From the NCBI RefSeq assembly GCF_902713615.1, contig NC_052173.1:1701859-1765858 (forward strand): 64,000 nt of DNA, read 5' to 3'. Made by a program: the position numbers and the translations under genes. The notes under the pieces were generated by a model. The model did not search any database and was not told the DNA's origin. It saw only the letters and a list, made by a program, of their open reading frames with translations. Positions 25,690-38,450 of this stretch are shown here, piece after piece. The stretch's first letter is position 1. The number at the start of each line of letters is the position of its first letter. The stretch comes from Scyliorhinus canicula (taxonomy: Eukaryota).

Positions 25690-27180
25690 GCCTTGCCTTT
25701 CACCACCTCAGAGCGCCCCAAAGTGCTTTACAGCCAATGAGGAACTTTTTTAAAAGCGCAGCCATTGTTGTAACACGGGCAGTGTAGCAGCCATTTTGCG
25801 CACAGCAAGCTCCCACAAACAGCAATGTGATAATGAGCCAATATCCATTTATTTTTGTTTTTAAAAAGTGGTCAGTTGAAGGATAAATATTGGCCAGGAC
25901 ACCAGGAGAACTTCCCTACTCCTCAAATTGTGCCCGTGGGATCTTCTCTGTCCACCTGGGCAGATTGACCCTCAAAAACTCTCAACGGAAAGACAGTACC
26001 TCCGACACACACGCTTTACATCGCAGGCTGTGCATGTCCAGTAGCTCACGGGGCAGCTAGTCTGTTCCCAGCTATTGCAAAGAAATGCACCCAAGTGCTG
26101 CCCTGCCCCAATCCCCTCCTTTCTGGGGCTCACATGCAGGTGATGACATCAGAAGTCCTAGGAGCCGATTTTAATAGTTTCACTTTTTCCTTGTTGGTCA
26201 CCCTTTAACCCTCCTTACTCGAGCTGGTGAGGTCACCACTACCTTGAGATATATAGTACTGTGGGCAAGTTAATCATTCCTTCCACCACCCTTTCAACTC
26301 TCAAAGACAATTGAATGGAGCGTTTCGCTTTTAAGTGCCCACGTCATTTATATAGCGGTGGCGGTTAGCTCCTGATCTAACTTCATGGACATGGAGATCG
26401 CGAAAGGATTGGAAAAAAAAAAGTGTCCAAAATGATCGGCTGGCGAACATTAGAAAGACTGCTCCTGAATCAATAAGATTAGCAGCTTTCAAAGGCTTCA
26501 GGACATCCCGAAGCACTTTACTGCCAATGAAACACAAGTTACTGTTGTAATGTAGGAAATGCAGCAGCCAATTTGCGCAAAGCAAGCTCCCATAAACAGC
26601 AATGTGATAATGAGCAGTTTTTGTTTTAAAGTGATACTAGTTGAGGGGTCAACATTGATGCCAGGATATTGGGGGAGGGGGGGGGGGGGGGGGGGAGAAG
26701 AACTCCCCACTGCTGCTTCAAATAACACCATGGGATCTTTTTACCCACATGATTTAATATTTCATCCAAAAGATGGCACCTCCCAACAGTTCCGCACTCC
26801 CTCAGTGTTGGCCTAGATTTTGAGCTAAAATCTCTGCAAATGGAAACATCTGTATTTATATAGAGCCTCGTGTGATCTCAGGGTGTCCCTAAAGCACTTT
26901 TTAAACAGATAATGAAGGATTTTTGAAGCGTAGTTACTGTTGCAACATGGGAAATGCAGCCACCAATTTGCGCGCAGATAGGAATGCAATAATGACCAGA
27001 TAATCCTTTTCCGTGATGTCGACGGAGGGGAAAATATGGGAGTGGCCAACAGGCCAACCCCCCCCAACCCTGTTCTTCTTTAAAATAGTATAGCGGGATC
27101 TCACGTGCACCTAGGTGGGCAGATGGAGCCTCAGTACTGCATTGGAAAGCTTTGATTTCTTGCTACCCACTGAGCCAACA
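25690..27180 (-). mobile_element. Cluster of three old DeuSINE-like (SacSINE1/AmnSINE1-type) copies in the last RNF41 intron
   Basis: Repeated minus-strand motif GGGAGCTTGCTGTGCGCAAATTGGCTGC...TTACAACAGT.ACTAC...CATTGGCTGTAAAGCACTTTGGG at about 25690-26010, 26490-26820 and 26850-27180; a further piece at about 40445-40555(+). Confidence 0.65.
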
Positions 27181-27570
27181 CCCAAGATGTTTTTGGGACG
27201 TTTAGTGAATGGTCTATATTTACACAATGACAGGCCAACATTGGACTTTGACTCCCGCCTCAGTACTGGATTTAAAGAATGGACTCAAGTCTGAATAGAG
27301 CCCTGCTTCAGTATCTTAATTTAGCCAACATTTAAATATTTGAAATTGTAAAATTCAAGGGTGCAGCTACAGAACAAAAGTATATTTATGAAATTAACTC
27401 AAAGACTATTACCAGCTTAGAAAATACGGGCAGCTCATATTTCTTATCCATCTCCCAGCAGGAGATGGCACAGCAGCGGAGACCTGGAAAGAAGACACAG
27501 TCTCCCTACTTAAATCACAGACTGGTGCAAGGCAGGAGGAAAAAGGACAAGAAACTGAATGGAAACGTAC

Positions 27571-27674
27571 TCTAGGATCTCATTGTACTCAATGGTTTCC
27601 TCCAGGTTCTGTAGGTTTGGGTTTGCACTGCGGATAGCCCTCATGTACGCTTTCAAAAGTTGAATGTCTCGTTT
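27571..27674 (-). CDS. RNF41: RNF41 coding exon 4 (104 bp)
   Basis: ctttgcag|AAACGA...CTAGA|gtacgt; KRDIQLLKAYMRAIRSANPNLQNLEETIEYNEIL(E). Confidence 0.96.
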
Positions 27675-29410
27675 CTGCAAAGTAAGGAAAACACACACAC
27701 ACACAGTTCATCAATGATCGTCAATAATCTGTCTTTTCTCAGATGCTGACAGACCTGCTGGGTGTTGCCAGCTCTTTATTTTAATTTTCTTCAGGAGACA
27801 TATTTTCATTAAGGAAAATGGCCCAAAATGCCACGGAACCTCCATGGTTAGAAGCACACAAAAAAAACCGAGGCCATTCAGCCCAACTGGCATATGCTTG
27901 TGTTAAGGCTCCACACAAGCCGCCTCCCACCTTACCTCACCTAACCGCTGCCCCCAAATCAGCTTATCCCTCTATTCCTTTCTCCCGCATCTTTTGCGCA
28001 GACCTCAAGCTTTTGCCCCTTGTGACCATGTGGATTTGCAAGCTATGCGATTTCCCTCACAATCAGGAGCTTGGCATCCTTCGCTAGTCCAGGAGTGTCC
28101 GGGAAAATTAGAAAAACCATAGCGCCTGCCAACTTGGAGTGAGAACCTGGGACCTACCAAGTCTGTTGACGTCAGTATTAATTACATGGGGTTCTACCCA
28201 TCATAGGAAAATGTGTGTCCCCTATCGGTCAACTGGTGTGGTTACACAAAAGAACCTATCCCATAGTCTTCAAAATATCAGACCATTTACTACATCTGGT
28301 GCCCACTGATAACGGGTGCATGTGTGCGAACAAGATGGCCAGCATAGCAAAGGTAGCACGATAAGAATGTTGGATTCAATCAAAAGTGTTTAGAAAGAGT
28401 GAAAACAAGTGTACAAGAAACACGGATAAATGGAAACAGATTTCAAGATTCCTTTCAGTTGGAAGAGGCATTAAAATGTGACTGGGGATAATGAAATTTA
28501 TGTGCGTGATTAATGGTTCCCTCACAATCAAGATGCTGCATAAAAGAGAGTCACATAGGAGCATGTCACTTGCTGCAAAGCGCAAATTGCTTTTGACACT
28601 CCGCTCTGCACACTTGCTGACTCCCTCAGCCAGAGAGAAACCATATAAAAACCAACTGGCTATTAACACATTTTGAACTGCTTTCCTGTAGAATTCCCAA
28701 TGACCCACACACCTCCCTAGAAGAAACTTGCTTGGATTTGCTCTCGTGTCTGATTGCGTCCTGACGGTGTTTGCGCTACAGGTTTAGCGCTGGAATGAAG
28801 TGCAATAGCCTCGCACAGATGCCCCAGTTGCAGTGGAAATGCAAACTTAAACTGGACTCCTCTCAAGCCAGAATTCATCTCCGCACAGTTACGTGCAGGC
28901 GCCAATTGTGAGCCCCACAGAGCTACAGGTCAGCACTTTATGCTTCAATCTTTGACATACCAGAGTGCAAGTCCTTCAGCAAACAACCCAAAAGACCTCA
29001 AGAGCACCACATTTTGGGATGATTGCATTTTTAAAAAAATACACAAATATATTTCTCAATACAATATCACAGCCGTTCCTGCCAGAAATAATGAGAGCAT
29101 TTACCATTCCATCACTCCCAGCATACATTAGCTATTTGACGTTTCGGCCAACATAAGCAATATGCGTTTTTAAAGGTGAACGTTTAAGTTGTGAGGCCCA
29201 TACTTTAAAAAAAAAGGGATGATTGCTTTTCCGGGAGGAGGGGAACGAATGGAGGTGGGATGGGAAGGGGGAAGGAAAGTAGGAAGACATTTCCACCACT
29301 AAATGGTTAACAGGTAACAATAAGGAACCAATATGGAAAATCCAAACCTTTACTGCCCCGGGGGTAATGTTCTGCTAGCCTTTCTGGGTCAGCTGCCAGC
29401 AAGCACCCAC

Positions 29411-29546
29411 CTGCTCTGCCAGCTGATGTTTATGTTCCGCTGAAGCTTTCTCCAGCTCTGCGATCTTCCCCTGTTGCTGAAGCACCACAGTGCGAAGGTG
29501 TTTGGTACAGTTGTGGTTTGGTAGTTCATCTTTGGGCATTTCTAAT
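29411..29546 (-). CDS. RNF41: RNF41 coding exon 3 (136 bp)
   Basis: cctttcag|ATTAGAA...GAGCAG|gtgggt; LEMPKDELPNHNCTKHLRTVVLQQQGKIAELEKASAEHKHQLAEQ. Confidence 0.96.
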
Positions 29547-30829
29547 CTGAAAGGAAAGAGGATAGAGATAAAATAGAACAGTAGAAACCCTCCCTCGAGC
29601 AATACCGGAAGGGTAAATTTTCTAATCGGCATCATTTGTCATTTTAAATTTGTCCAAGAATTAAATAACTTGCATTTAAAAAACATGAGGATTCCCCAAG
29701 GCATTGACAGATTGAAGTCATTTACACGGTGATAGCCTGTATGAACGACCAGTTTTTGTTGTGGGTTGAGAGATGACAGTTGACTAGGAAGACAAGTAAT
29801 CTCCCCATCGCTTCTTCGAACAGTGCAGTGAAATACGTGCCACGGTCCGGGAGAAGGGCCTGAACCTCCGACCTACTGTCTCAGCAGCAAATGCTATCAC
29901 TGGGCAAAAGTCAAAACACGCCAGTGGATTAAGCATTCTTACCAAAACAGCACCGAGCAGAACATGTACCCTTCACATAAACGTTTCATTTCCAATCGCC
30001 CGAGGGAGTTTGGAGAGGAATTTAGAATGTCGTCTCCCCACCCCCCATCCTTTTGCCCATGGATTTTTTTCCTGTACTTTTTTGCCTCTCCTGGAAGATT
30101 ACATAATTGTGGGGGGGAAAGGTGGCTTTAGCCATAGAACATAGAACAGTACAGCACAGAACAGGCCCTTCGGCCCTCGATGTTGTGCCGAGCAATGATC
30201 ACCCTACTCAAGTCAACGTATCCATCCTATACCCGTAACCCAACAGCCCCCCCCCCTTAACCTTACTTTTATGGACACTACGGGCAATTTAGCATGGCCA
30301 ATCCACCTAACCCGCACATCTTTGGACTGTGGGAGGAAACCGGAGCGCCTGGAGGAAACCCACGCACACACGGGGAGGATGTGCAGACTCCGCACAGACA
30401 GTGACCCAGCCGGGAATCGAACCCGGGACCCTGGAGCTGTGAAGCATTTATGCTAACCACCATGCTACCGTGCTGCCCACAGTTATGGTCCAGTTATTGT
30501 AATTTATGGCAGGATTGATGGGCCCCGTCTGTGAAGCTTGTACGTTATGAATTTTGTTACTAACCTCCACTCGTTGCATTTTGCTGAAGAAATTACCCTG
30601 CTCTTAAAAATCAGTAGCTTTGGACAGGGAGTTGTTTATGTGTGGAGACTCGGTTTAAACAGACCATTTACTGCGTAAAGCGATTCTGTCGTCGTGCCTC
30701 CAGCTCAGTAGCTGAATTTTCTGCCTGTGAGCTAAATTTCCATGGAGGTTTTAATATCGAGTTAGGCTAAATCACCGTGGCTGGGACAGATTGCAACAAG
30801 ATGTAGCACATTGAAGAGCAAGAGACAGG

Positions 30830-31505
30830 TATGTGTGCGTGTGCATTGAGATAATAAATGTATGGGGTATTAAAAAGAAGGTTTACGGTGAAGGAGAAAG
30901 GTGGAGTATTGCAGCAGGCCAAGGAGAGCAAGATGCGGAGTTAAAATGGCAACAGGAAGGCTGGGGTCATGCTTGCGGACCGAGCAAAGGGGTTTCACAA
31001 AGCGGTCACTCAGTCTGCGTTTAGTCTCCCCAATGTAGAGGGGACACATTGGGAGCAGCGGAGGTGCAAGTGAAACGCTGCTTCACCTAAAAGGAGCGTT
31101 TGGGAGCTTGAATAGTGAGGAGGGAGGAGGTAAAGGGACAGGTGTTGCACCTTGTGACTGCAATCATCTCCTTCAATTTGTCACCCACGTCTCTGTCCTT
31201 GGCCTGCTGCAATGCTTCAGTGAAGCCCAATGCAAGCTGGAGGAACAGCACCTCATCTTCCAATGTAGCTTCTGTACACACACACACACAATCGCACACA
31301 GGGCCATCTGGAAGTTTGCTACATCTTGTGCAATCTCGCCCAGCTACAATAATTTTTCCAACACATTTTCCCTCCTTTTAGTTGTGATGAAGAGTCAAAC
31401 AGACTCGAGCATTGTTTTCTCACTCTACAGATGCTGCCATACCGGCTGAGTTTTTCCAGCGTTTTTGGTTTCTGTTTTAGACTCCAGCATCCACAGTATT
31501 TTGCT
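30830..31505. mobile_element. Rearranged Penelope-like fragments (GIY-YIG piece on minus, 3' piece on plus)
   Basis: Minus YIGETKRRLSDRF at about 31000-31040; plus QCKLEEQHLIF at 31230-31260 and a tail with a degenerate hammerhead (TGATGA AGAGTC...GACTC GAG) at about 31385-31410. Confidence 0.7.
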
Positions 31506-33693
31506 AATTCTAGGTTAAATCACTGGGGCCACATTATTGTGGTGCGCAAGTTAAACTGCGCACAGCGAGTGGCAGCAGGAGCAAACATTGTTGAGTCCTG
31601 AGCGCTATAGGTAATTTGCTAAATTAGGGCAGCACGGTAGCATAGTGGTTAACACAGTTGCTTCACAGCTCCAGGGTCCCAGGTTTGATTCCTGGCTTGG
31701 GTCACTGTCTGTGCGGAGTTTGCACATTCTCCCCGTGTCTGCGTGGGTTTCCTCCGGGTGCTCCAGTTTCCTCCCACAGTCCAAAGATGTGCAGGGTAGG
31801 TGGATTGGCCACGATAAATTGCCCTTAGTGTTGGGTGGGGTTACTGGGTTATGGGGATAGGGTGAAGGTGTGGACCTTGGGTAGGGTGCTCTTTCCAAGA
31901 GCCGGTGCAGACTCAATGGGCCGAATGGCCTCCTTCTGCACCGTAAATTCTATGAACATCATTATGTACTTATTCAAAACATTAACCCAAAGAAGGACAT
32001 CCAGGTCTCGCCAACAAGGCCAAACTGAGCAAACGTTTTGCATTCGTTTGAGTGACTTTGATGGTAAAACTTTTTTAAAAAAAATATTTATTTGCATCCC
32101 AATACCGTAGTTTGTCACGAACACACCAGCAAAAGGAACTAACTATGCCAGCTAAAAAAGCTATCATGAGGGCCACACTGGATCTAACCAAGCAGCTGAA
32201 GGCGCTTCCAAGAATTGCTGTCCGGATTTTATCCCCATCCTCCTTTTCATTTCAAAGTTGCCCTCACTCTACAAATGACTAGGTATCAGCAATCACGAAG
32301 TCAACAGGATTTGCAGTCCCTGCGACTGAATAAAGGGTGCACGAGAACACGGGCCCACTCCCGACGCACAAATTCTCATCCCTTTCAATGTCCAGCTCGT
32401 TGCTCATGGGCACTTTCATTAAATCAGCACGGCCAAGATAAGCACTCATTCGGTGTTGTGGAGAAGGGGGATACATCTTCCATGGCAATGGTGTAGTGTG
32501 TAAGCAGATTGCAATGCTAAATTAACATGTAGAAATGAGCTGGCCCTGACATTTTTATTTCCTCCTTGGCACAAGGAGAGCATCAACCAAGTGGGGAAAA
32601 GTGGCCTCTGACTGACTGGGTGGATTGTGAAGGCGAGGAAGGAGAGCATTCCTCCTATTTCAGCACCCAGTGAACACCCTACCAGATCTTTTTATTTTAT
32701 TTTAGTGTACCCAATTCATTTTTCCCAATTAAGGAGCAATTTAGCATGGTCAATCCACCTACCCTGCACATCTTTGGGTTGTGGGGGCGAAACCCACGCA
32801 GACACGGGGAGAATGTGCAAACTCCACACGGACAGTGACCCAGAGCCGGGATCGAACCTGGGACCTCGGCATCGTGAGACAGCAGCGCTAACCACTGTGC
32901 CACCCTGCTGCCCCATCCCACCAGAGTCAACATCCACCCAGAAGGGGATAAAGGCACATTAAATCATCAGACAAAAAACACAAAGTGTGACAAAAATTGT
33001 CAGTTTTCTTTCCCAATTCCCAAGAAATTACTGGGCATCTTACATTCAAGTGACCATTCACAGAATTTACAGTGATGGAGGCCATTCAGCCCATCGTGTC
33101 TGCATCGGCCCTTGGAAAGAGCACCCTACCCAAGCCCACACCTCCACCCTATCCCAATAACCCAGTAACCCCACCCAACACTAAGGGTAATTTTGGACAC
33201 CAACGGCAATTTACCATAGCCAATCCACCTAACAGCACATCTTTGGACTGTGGGAGGAAACCGGAACACCCGGAGGAAACCCACGCAGACACGGGGAGAA
33301 CGTGCAGACTCCGCATAGACAGTGAACCAAGCTGGGAATTGAACCTGGGACCCTGGAGCTGTGAAGCAACTGTGCTAACCACTGTGCTATCACACTGTCC
33401 ATAGTTCTTCAGGCATGAGCCAGAGTACCCAGTCGCTAACTCCTCCGCTCTGCCATCCCTTTGCCAAAAAGCCAGCATGGTTACTGGTCACACCTCCCCA
33501 CTGCAGTGGCCAAGACGGACGAACTCAGAACAAGCCAGAGATCAGAGCTGGCACCTTCTTGAGGCACATCGCTCCGTATCAACACTAGATTCTAAATTTA
33601 TTCACCCAAATAAAAAAAAACATACATGAGCACCGGAACAGGGGTCTGAAGGTTTGACTGTGCTGCATAGGTGAAAGTAGTTGAGAAACTCAC

Positions 33694-33965
33694 CCGCATC
33701 CCTGCTCACACGTCACAGGGCGCTTTGGATTGTGCTCGCAATCGTTAAGGTGAGAGGTCAACTGGTCAAGCCGCACCACAGCCGTGCAGCCGTAGCTGGC
33801 GTTGTCGCAGGTGATCTGCAGTTTGGACAGCATGTTCCGCATGATGCGGGGGACAGGTCGAAGGTGGGCTAGGGTAACCACGCTGCGATCCACAGGGCAG
33901 GTCTGCTGCTGGGAGAACCACTGGGTGATGCAGGCATTGCAAAACGCATGCTCACAGTGTGGCGC
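33694..33965 (-). CDS. RNF41: RNF41 coding exon 2 (272 bp), RING C-terminal half and SIAH/TRAF-type zinc finger
   Basis: ctctctcctag|GCGCCACAC...TGCGG|gtgagt; APHCEHAFCNACITQWFSQQQTCPVDR...CEHNPKRPVTCEQGC(G). Confidence 0.97.
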
Positions 33966-36309
33966 CTAGGAGAGAGCAGAGGAGACGGCATATGAACCGA
34001 CGAAAGAGAGAACAAATAAACAAGACAGCACCAGTCATCTGGAAATCCAATTTGCGGTGACCCAATTTAAGCGCACTCCGGCTCTATTCAATAAAAACAG
34101 AAATGCTTCACAAGCATGCATGGCTATAAATCCAGATGATGTCATGAGGAAACGTATAGATTGCCAAAATCAGACAGCACAAAGAAACTCAATCTGCTGC
34201 CACCCCTACAATCTTCCTCAGTAAGTATGGAGATGTACACTGGCCAGAGGTGAAGTTCCTTTAATCAAATTCAAGGTTAAAAAAAAAAACACATCTGCGG
34301 CATTGTCAAGTTGCCAATTTTTATGATGCAGCTAGTATCAAAGTACCATTTGGAGCTCGCAGTTGCTCCCGTAATCCTCTTTAAAGCTGCCTCATCAAAT
34401 CTATCATGCATCTCTTCGTTGGGATTAAACAAAGCTAGTGGATCTGTACCAATTTGAAAATTACAGTTACACAGGACCACAGTGGGATGGGGAAACCACA
34501 AAGACTACGAGGAGACTTCAGAGATGAGGCCCAATCGCCTCTTCACAATGTTGTTTGCAAAACAGCATTTATCCAGTTCAGAAGATTGGATTAACCCTCC
34601 GTCAACCAGTTTAAAAACTTGCAGCAGTAGTTAGCCAACTAGGATAAATATCAAACTCAATGAGCTTCATTAAAAATCAGATTTCCTCTTAAAACACATC
34701 AACTCTTTGCCTCCCCTTCTTGGCTCATATCTGCATCCTGGAACGGAGACACACAAAACTATCAAGGCTCTCACCCGGGAACATTACAAGGCTTCCTCGC
34801 TGTCAACAAAGGGTAGTTTTGTCCATTTCTTCTTCTTCACTCTTGTCTGTCATACGCTCAGCTCCAATACATTAATATTGTGCTCGCAAAACGGCACTCG
34901 TCACTCAGGTTAATGTCCTTCATTCCGATCTGGCTGCAAATCTTGGAATCCAAATAATGCTGCTGCTAATTGGTCATGGACCGTACGTTCCTGCCACTAA
35001 TTCCCCTCCTCTCTCAAGTCGGTGCATGCCATTCATTTGAAACGGCGACACATCGCCACGCCATTATACATCACCACAATTCCATAAATAGAAAGCTTGT
35101 TGTGTTCAATAATTAGCAAGTCTAGCACTACACTGCCAATTCACAAGGCAGAAGATTCAAGGGGTAATTCTGAAATGTTGCTGCCAATGCTTATTTCAAT
35201 GCTGCTCATTCTCCCCCCCCCCCCCCCCCCCAAAAAACTAATTTATTAAATAAAGGACATAAAATTCCCCTAATCGCCTCCAAAAGTCACACAAAATCGG
35301 GCCTCTACATTAGTCAATAAGAGGTGCACACTTACCACAATCCACTAAAGCAGTGGAGGGGGCAGGAAATTAGCAGACGCGAGAGAGTGCTTCTCGACAA
35401 ACATACTGTAGACCGAGATTGAAATCATACAATTCATAATACAAGAAATAGACGGAGTAAGCGAGGCTCGCAAGGGAGTATCAGTCAGCTATTTGAGAAC
35501 AAGGAGAGCTGCAAGTACAGCTGATCCCAGCCCTAGTCTCATGCAACAAATGTACACTGCTACCAGGAGGTGAGGAAACTGGAAGAAGTCTAATCTGCTG
35601 CTCCCTCCCCAACTAAAGGGGAGGGACAAAACATGGCACCCCTGCCCTAGCCAAGAACAGGGATCAAATCAGAGATTATGGCCAGCATGGCTGATTCACC
35701 CACTGAATAACCCATCTAAAGGAGCCCGACTAATTCTGCCTCCAACAGATCTCACTGCATTCAGTAAGCACTTGTACACATCAACCCCCACAACTGGCTA
35801 TGGTTAACGTGGAGAAGCTGGACTGTACGATCCAGAAGAGTCCAGTTCGGTGCTTAGAAGGTTAACCTCACTTTTCTCCCCTCAGATGCTGACCAAACTA
35901 TTGTGCATTTGAGCACTGGCAGTTCTTCTATTGTCTCCTCCACTCCACTCCACACCCCCCCCCCCCCCAAACTACCCAGTCCGTTTACCACCTCCCCCCC
36001 GCCTACCCAGTCCGTTTAAGTGTTCGAGTATTACACAGGACCGTGGGAGCTCGAGAGTCACTTGAATCACAAAGCTATGATTTCTATTTAAAACTTCAGA
36101 GAGATTTTATACGGCTCTGCAACGTAGGAAGCATTCCATTAATCTCCTGACCATGCAGATTTCTGACGCAGCACAGCTGCAGTCATTCCAACCCTGCACC
36201 AATAGATCCCAAGGAGATCTGATGGACAGTACGTCCCTATTTGCAGCCCAAACTCCTTTTAAAACCCTATACCTTGAACCAAACATTAGAAATACAAGGA
36301 GGATTTCAG

Positions 36310-38198
36310 ATAACATGGTCAGGTGAGCTAGCGTGAACGGCGCTTCAGAGTCCGATAGCTCCTCTGCGAACTGCTCACTATTTTACCCTGGCGGGCGGGA
36401 GGCTCGCACATTGGAGGGCTCCCGTTCGGGAACAGCATTTCCGGGGTTTAACGCCCGGTCCCAGGGGCAACAGAGGCAAAAGCAGGGAGAAGGCACAGTG
36501 AAGGGAAATATCGAAAACAAGTAAAAAAAAAACAAACGGCCGTGGAAAAAGCAGCTGAAAGTCCATCGGGAAGTGGAAAGGTCACCGCAGGGATGGCAAG
36601 GAAAGTGGAGGCTGGGGCACCAGGGGAGGCCGCATTGCCCACGGCTGAGGAAATGACTACGGTGATGGCCGCGGAACTAGAAAGGCAGTTCACAAAGCAC
36701 ATGGAGGCGATGAGGAAGGAGATGGGGGCGGTATCGAAAGTGCTGGTGGAGGAGGCGATCCCGGTGAGGGCGGCAGTATTGAGCGCACTGGCGGAGGTGC
36801 GGGAGCAAGGTGAGGCGCTGAAGGAAGTGGAAGAGACATTATTGCAGCACGATGATCAAATTACCTCGATGGGGAAGGAGATGCGGAAGGTGATAGAGAT
36901 CAACAAGGGTCTGCAAGCCAAAACGGATGACTTGGAAAACAGATCCAGGCGACAGAATCGAAGGATTGTGGGTCTTCCCGAAGGAGTGGAAGGCCCAAGG
37001 CCAATTGAGTATTTTGCCACGATGCTGGCGAAGCTATTCAGGGAGGGGGATGATCCCTCCCGATATGAACTGCATTGGGCTCATCGGTCGCGGAGGCCTG
37101 TACCAAAGGAGAGTGAGCCGCCAAGGGTAGTGACTCTGTGCTTCCGTAGGTACAGCATGAAGAAGGTGGTCCTGTGCTGGGCCAAGCAGAAGCGGGTGGT
37201 GCAGTGGGCTGGAGTTGGTATACGCATATATCAGGACTTTACGGTGGAGCTGGCGAGGAGGCAGGCTGCCTTCAGCCGGGTGAAGAGGGCCCTGTACATC
37301 AGTATGGTGCAGGGTGGCATAGTATACCCAGCTAAGTTGAGTGTGACCTACAAAGCCAAGGACTTTTATTTCGGAAACAGCAGAGGAATTTGCGAAGGCA
37401 GAAGGACTGTGGCTGAATTGAGAAGTGGTCATGTACCGATGTAGCCTCATGTAGCTGTATTTTTTCACTGCGGCTGGTGTATGTGCTAAATGAGCCAACG
37501 TTGTATATACTTGGACAAGGGAAGAGAGGGGACTTTCACTTGCAACGATGGTTCTTTGGAGCTTAGGTGCGAATGCGGAGGTTGTGCGCTGAAGGGGATT
37601 TCTTGGTTTTCCTGGGACCGGGCAAGGGGGAAAAGGGACCCGGGCGGGGGCCTCCACGCTGGCCGGTTTAAGCCGGCCAGTAAACGGGAGTGAGGTGGGT
37701 GTGGGGGGACCTGCAGCCATCGGAGCCTGGCAGAACAGGTTCCGATGAGTCTAGCCGGGGTGGAAAGTTTGGGGGGGGGGGGGGGGGGGGGGAGAGAGGG
37801 GAGGAACAGAGGTTGGGGGGGAGGAGTTTTGTAAGAGGATGTGGAGGGGAGGATCGATGATGGGGGGGGCTTGCAATGCGTGGGTGTCATTTACGGTACT
37901 CTTTCGGGGATTGGATGGCATTGAATATTAAGGGGGGTGGGGGGACTCTTATAGGTCAACAGTGACCATAGGCCATTCCCAATTCCTTTTTCTTTATTCT
38001 CCTTGGTTTGTCCCACCGTGGGAGGGTTTGTTGTATTTGATGCTTATAGTTTCAGGTGGGTCGTTGTTTGGGATGGCGGGAGGTTGAGATCGTTGTTGTT
38101 GTTAAGGGAATTTACTTAGTCAATTTGTTACCATTTACTGCTTGCTGGTGGGGTGTAAACTTTGAAGAAAATGGAGAATAAAAATATTTGAAAAAAAA
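36310..38198 (+). mobile_element. ORF1-only L1 derivative in RNF41 intron (antisense to the gene)
   Basis: ORF 36542-37444 with LENRSRRQNRRIVGLPEG, AHR, PPR..., IRIYQD; followed by a G-rich spacer, an L1-type 3' UTR, AATAAA and an A tail, with no endonuclease or RT. Confidence 0.85.
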
Positions 38199-38360
38199 TA
38201 AATGCGCTTGCATGATCAGGCATAGCTTGTGATGCCCCCCACAGTCGAATAGTTTGCAGATTGAGAGAGAGAGAAAAAAAAAAGATTTGGGCACCAAGAT
38301 CATTTGAGATCCCTCCACACAACCCAATTCCACCTCAACCATCCCAAATAGTTTACTCAC

Positions 38361-38450
38361 TTGCACAGGCTCTTCCAAAACCCAGCTACAAATCGGACAA
38401 ATCAAATCTTCATCCACCTCGCCCTGAAACCGATTGACGTCGTACCCCAT
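38361..38450 (-). CDS. RNF41: RNF41 coding exon 1 (90 bp coding; exon acceptor predicted at 38479)
   Basis: GCCATGG Kozak context; MGYDVNRFQGEVDEDLICPICSWVLEEPVQ|gtgagt. The five exons total 957 nt (318 aa + stop) with consistent phases. Confidence 0.97.

Noticed and set aside
30213-30463. Recurrent short ORFs such as MVVSINASQLQGPRFDSRLGHCLCGVC...
   Set aside because: Translations of SINE copies found throughout the window, not genes.
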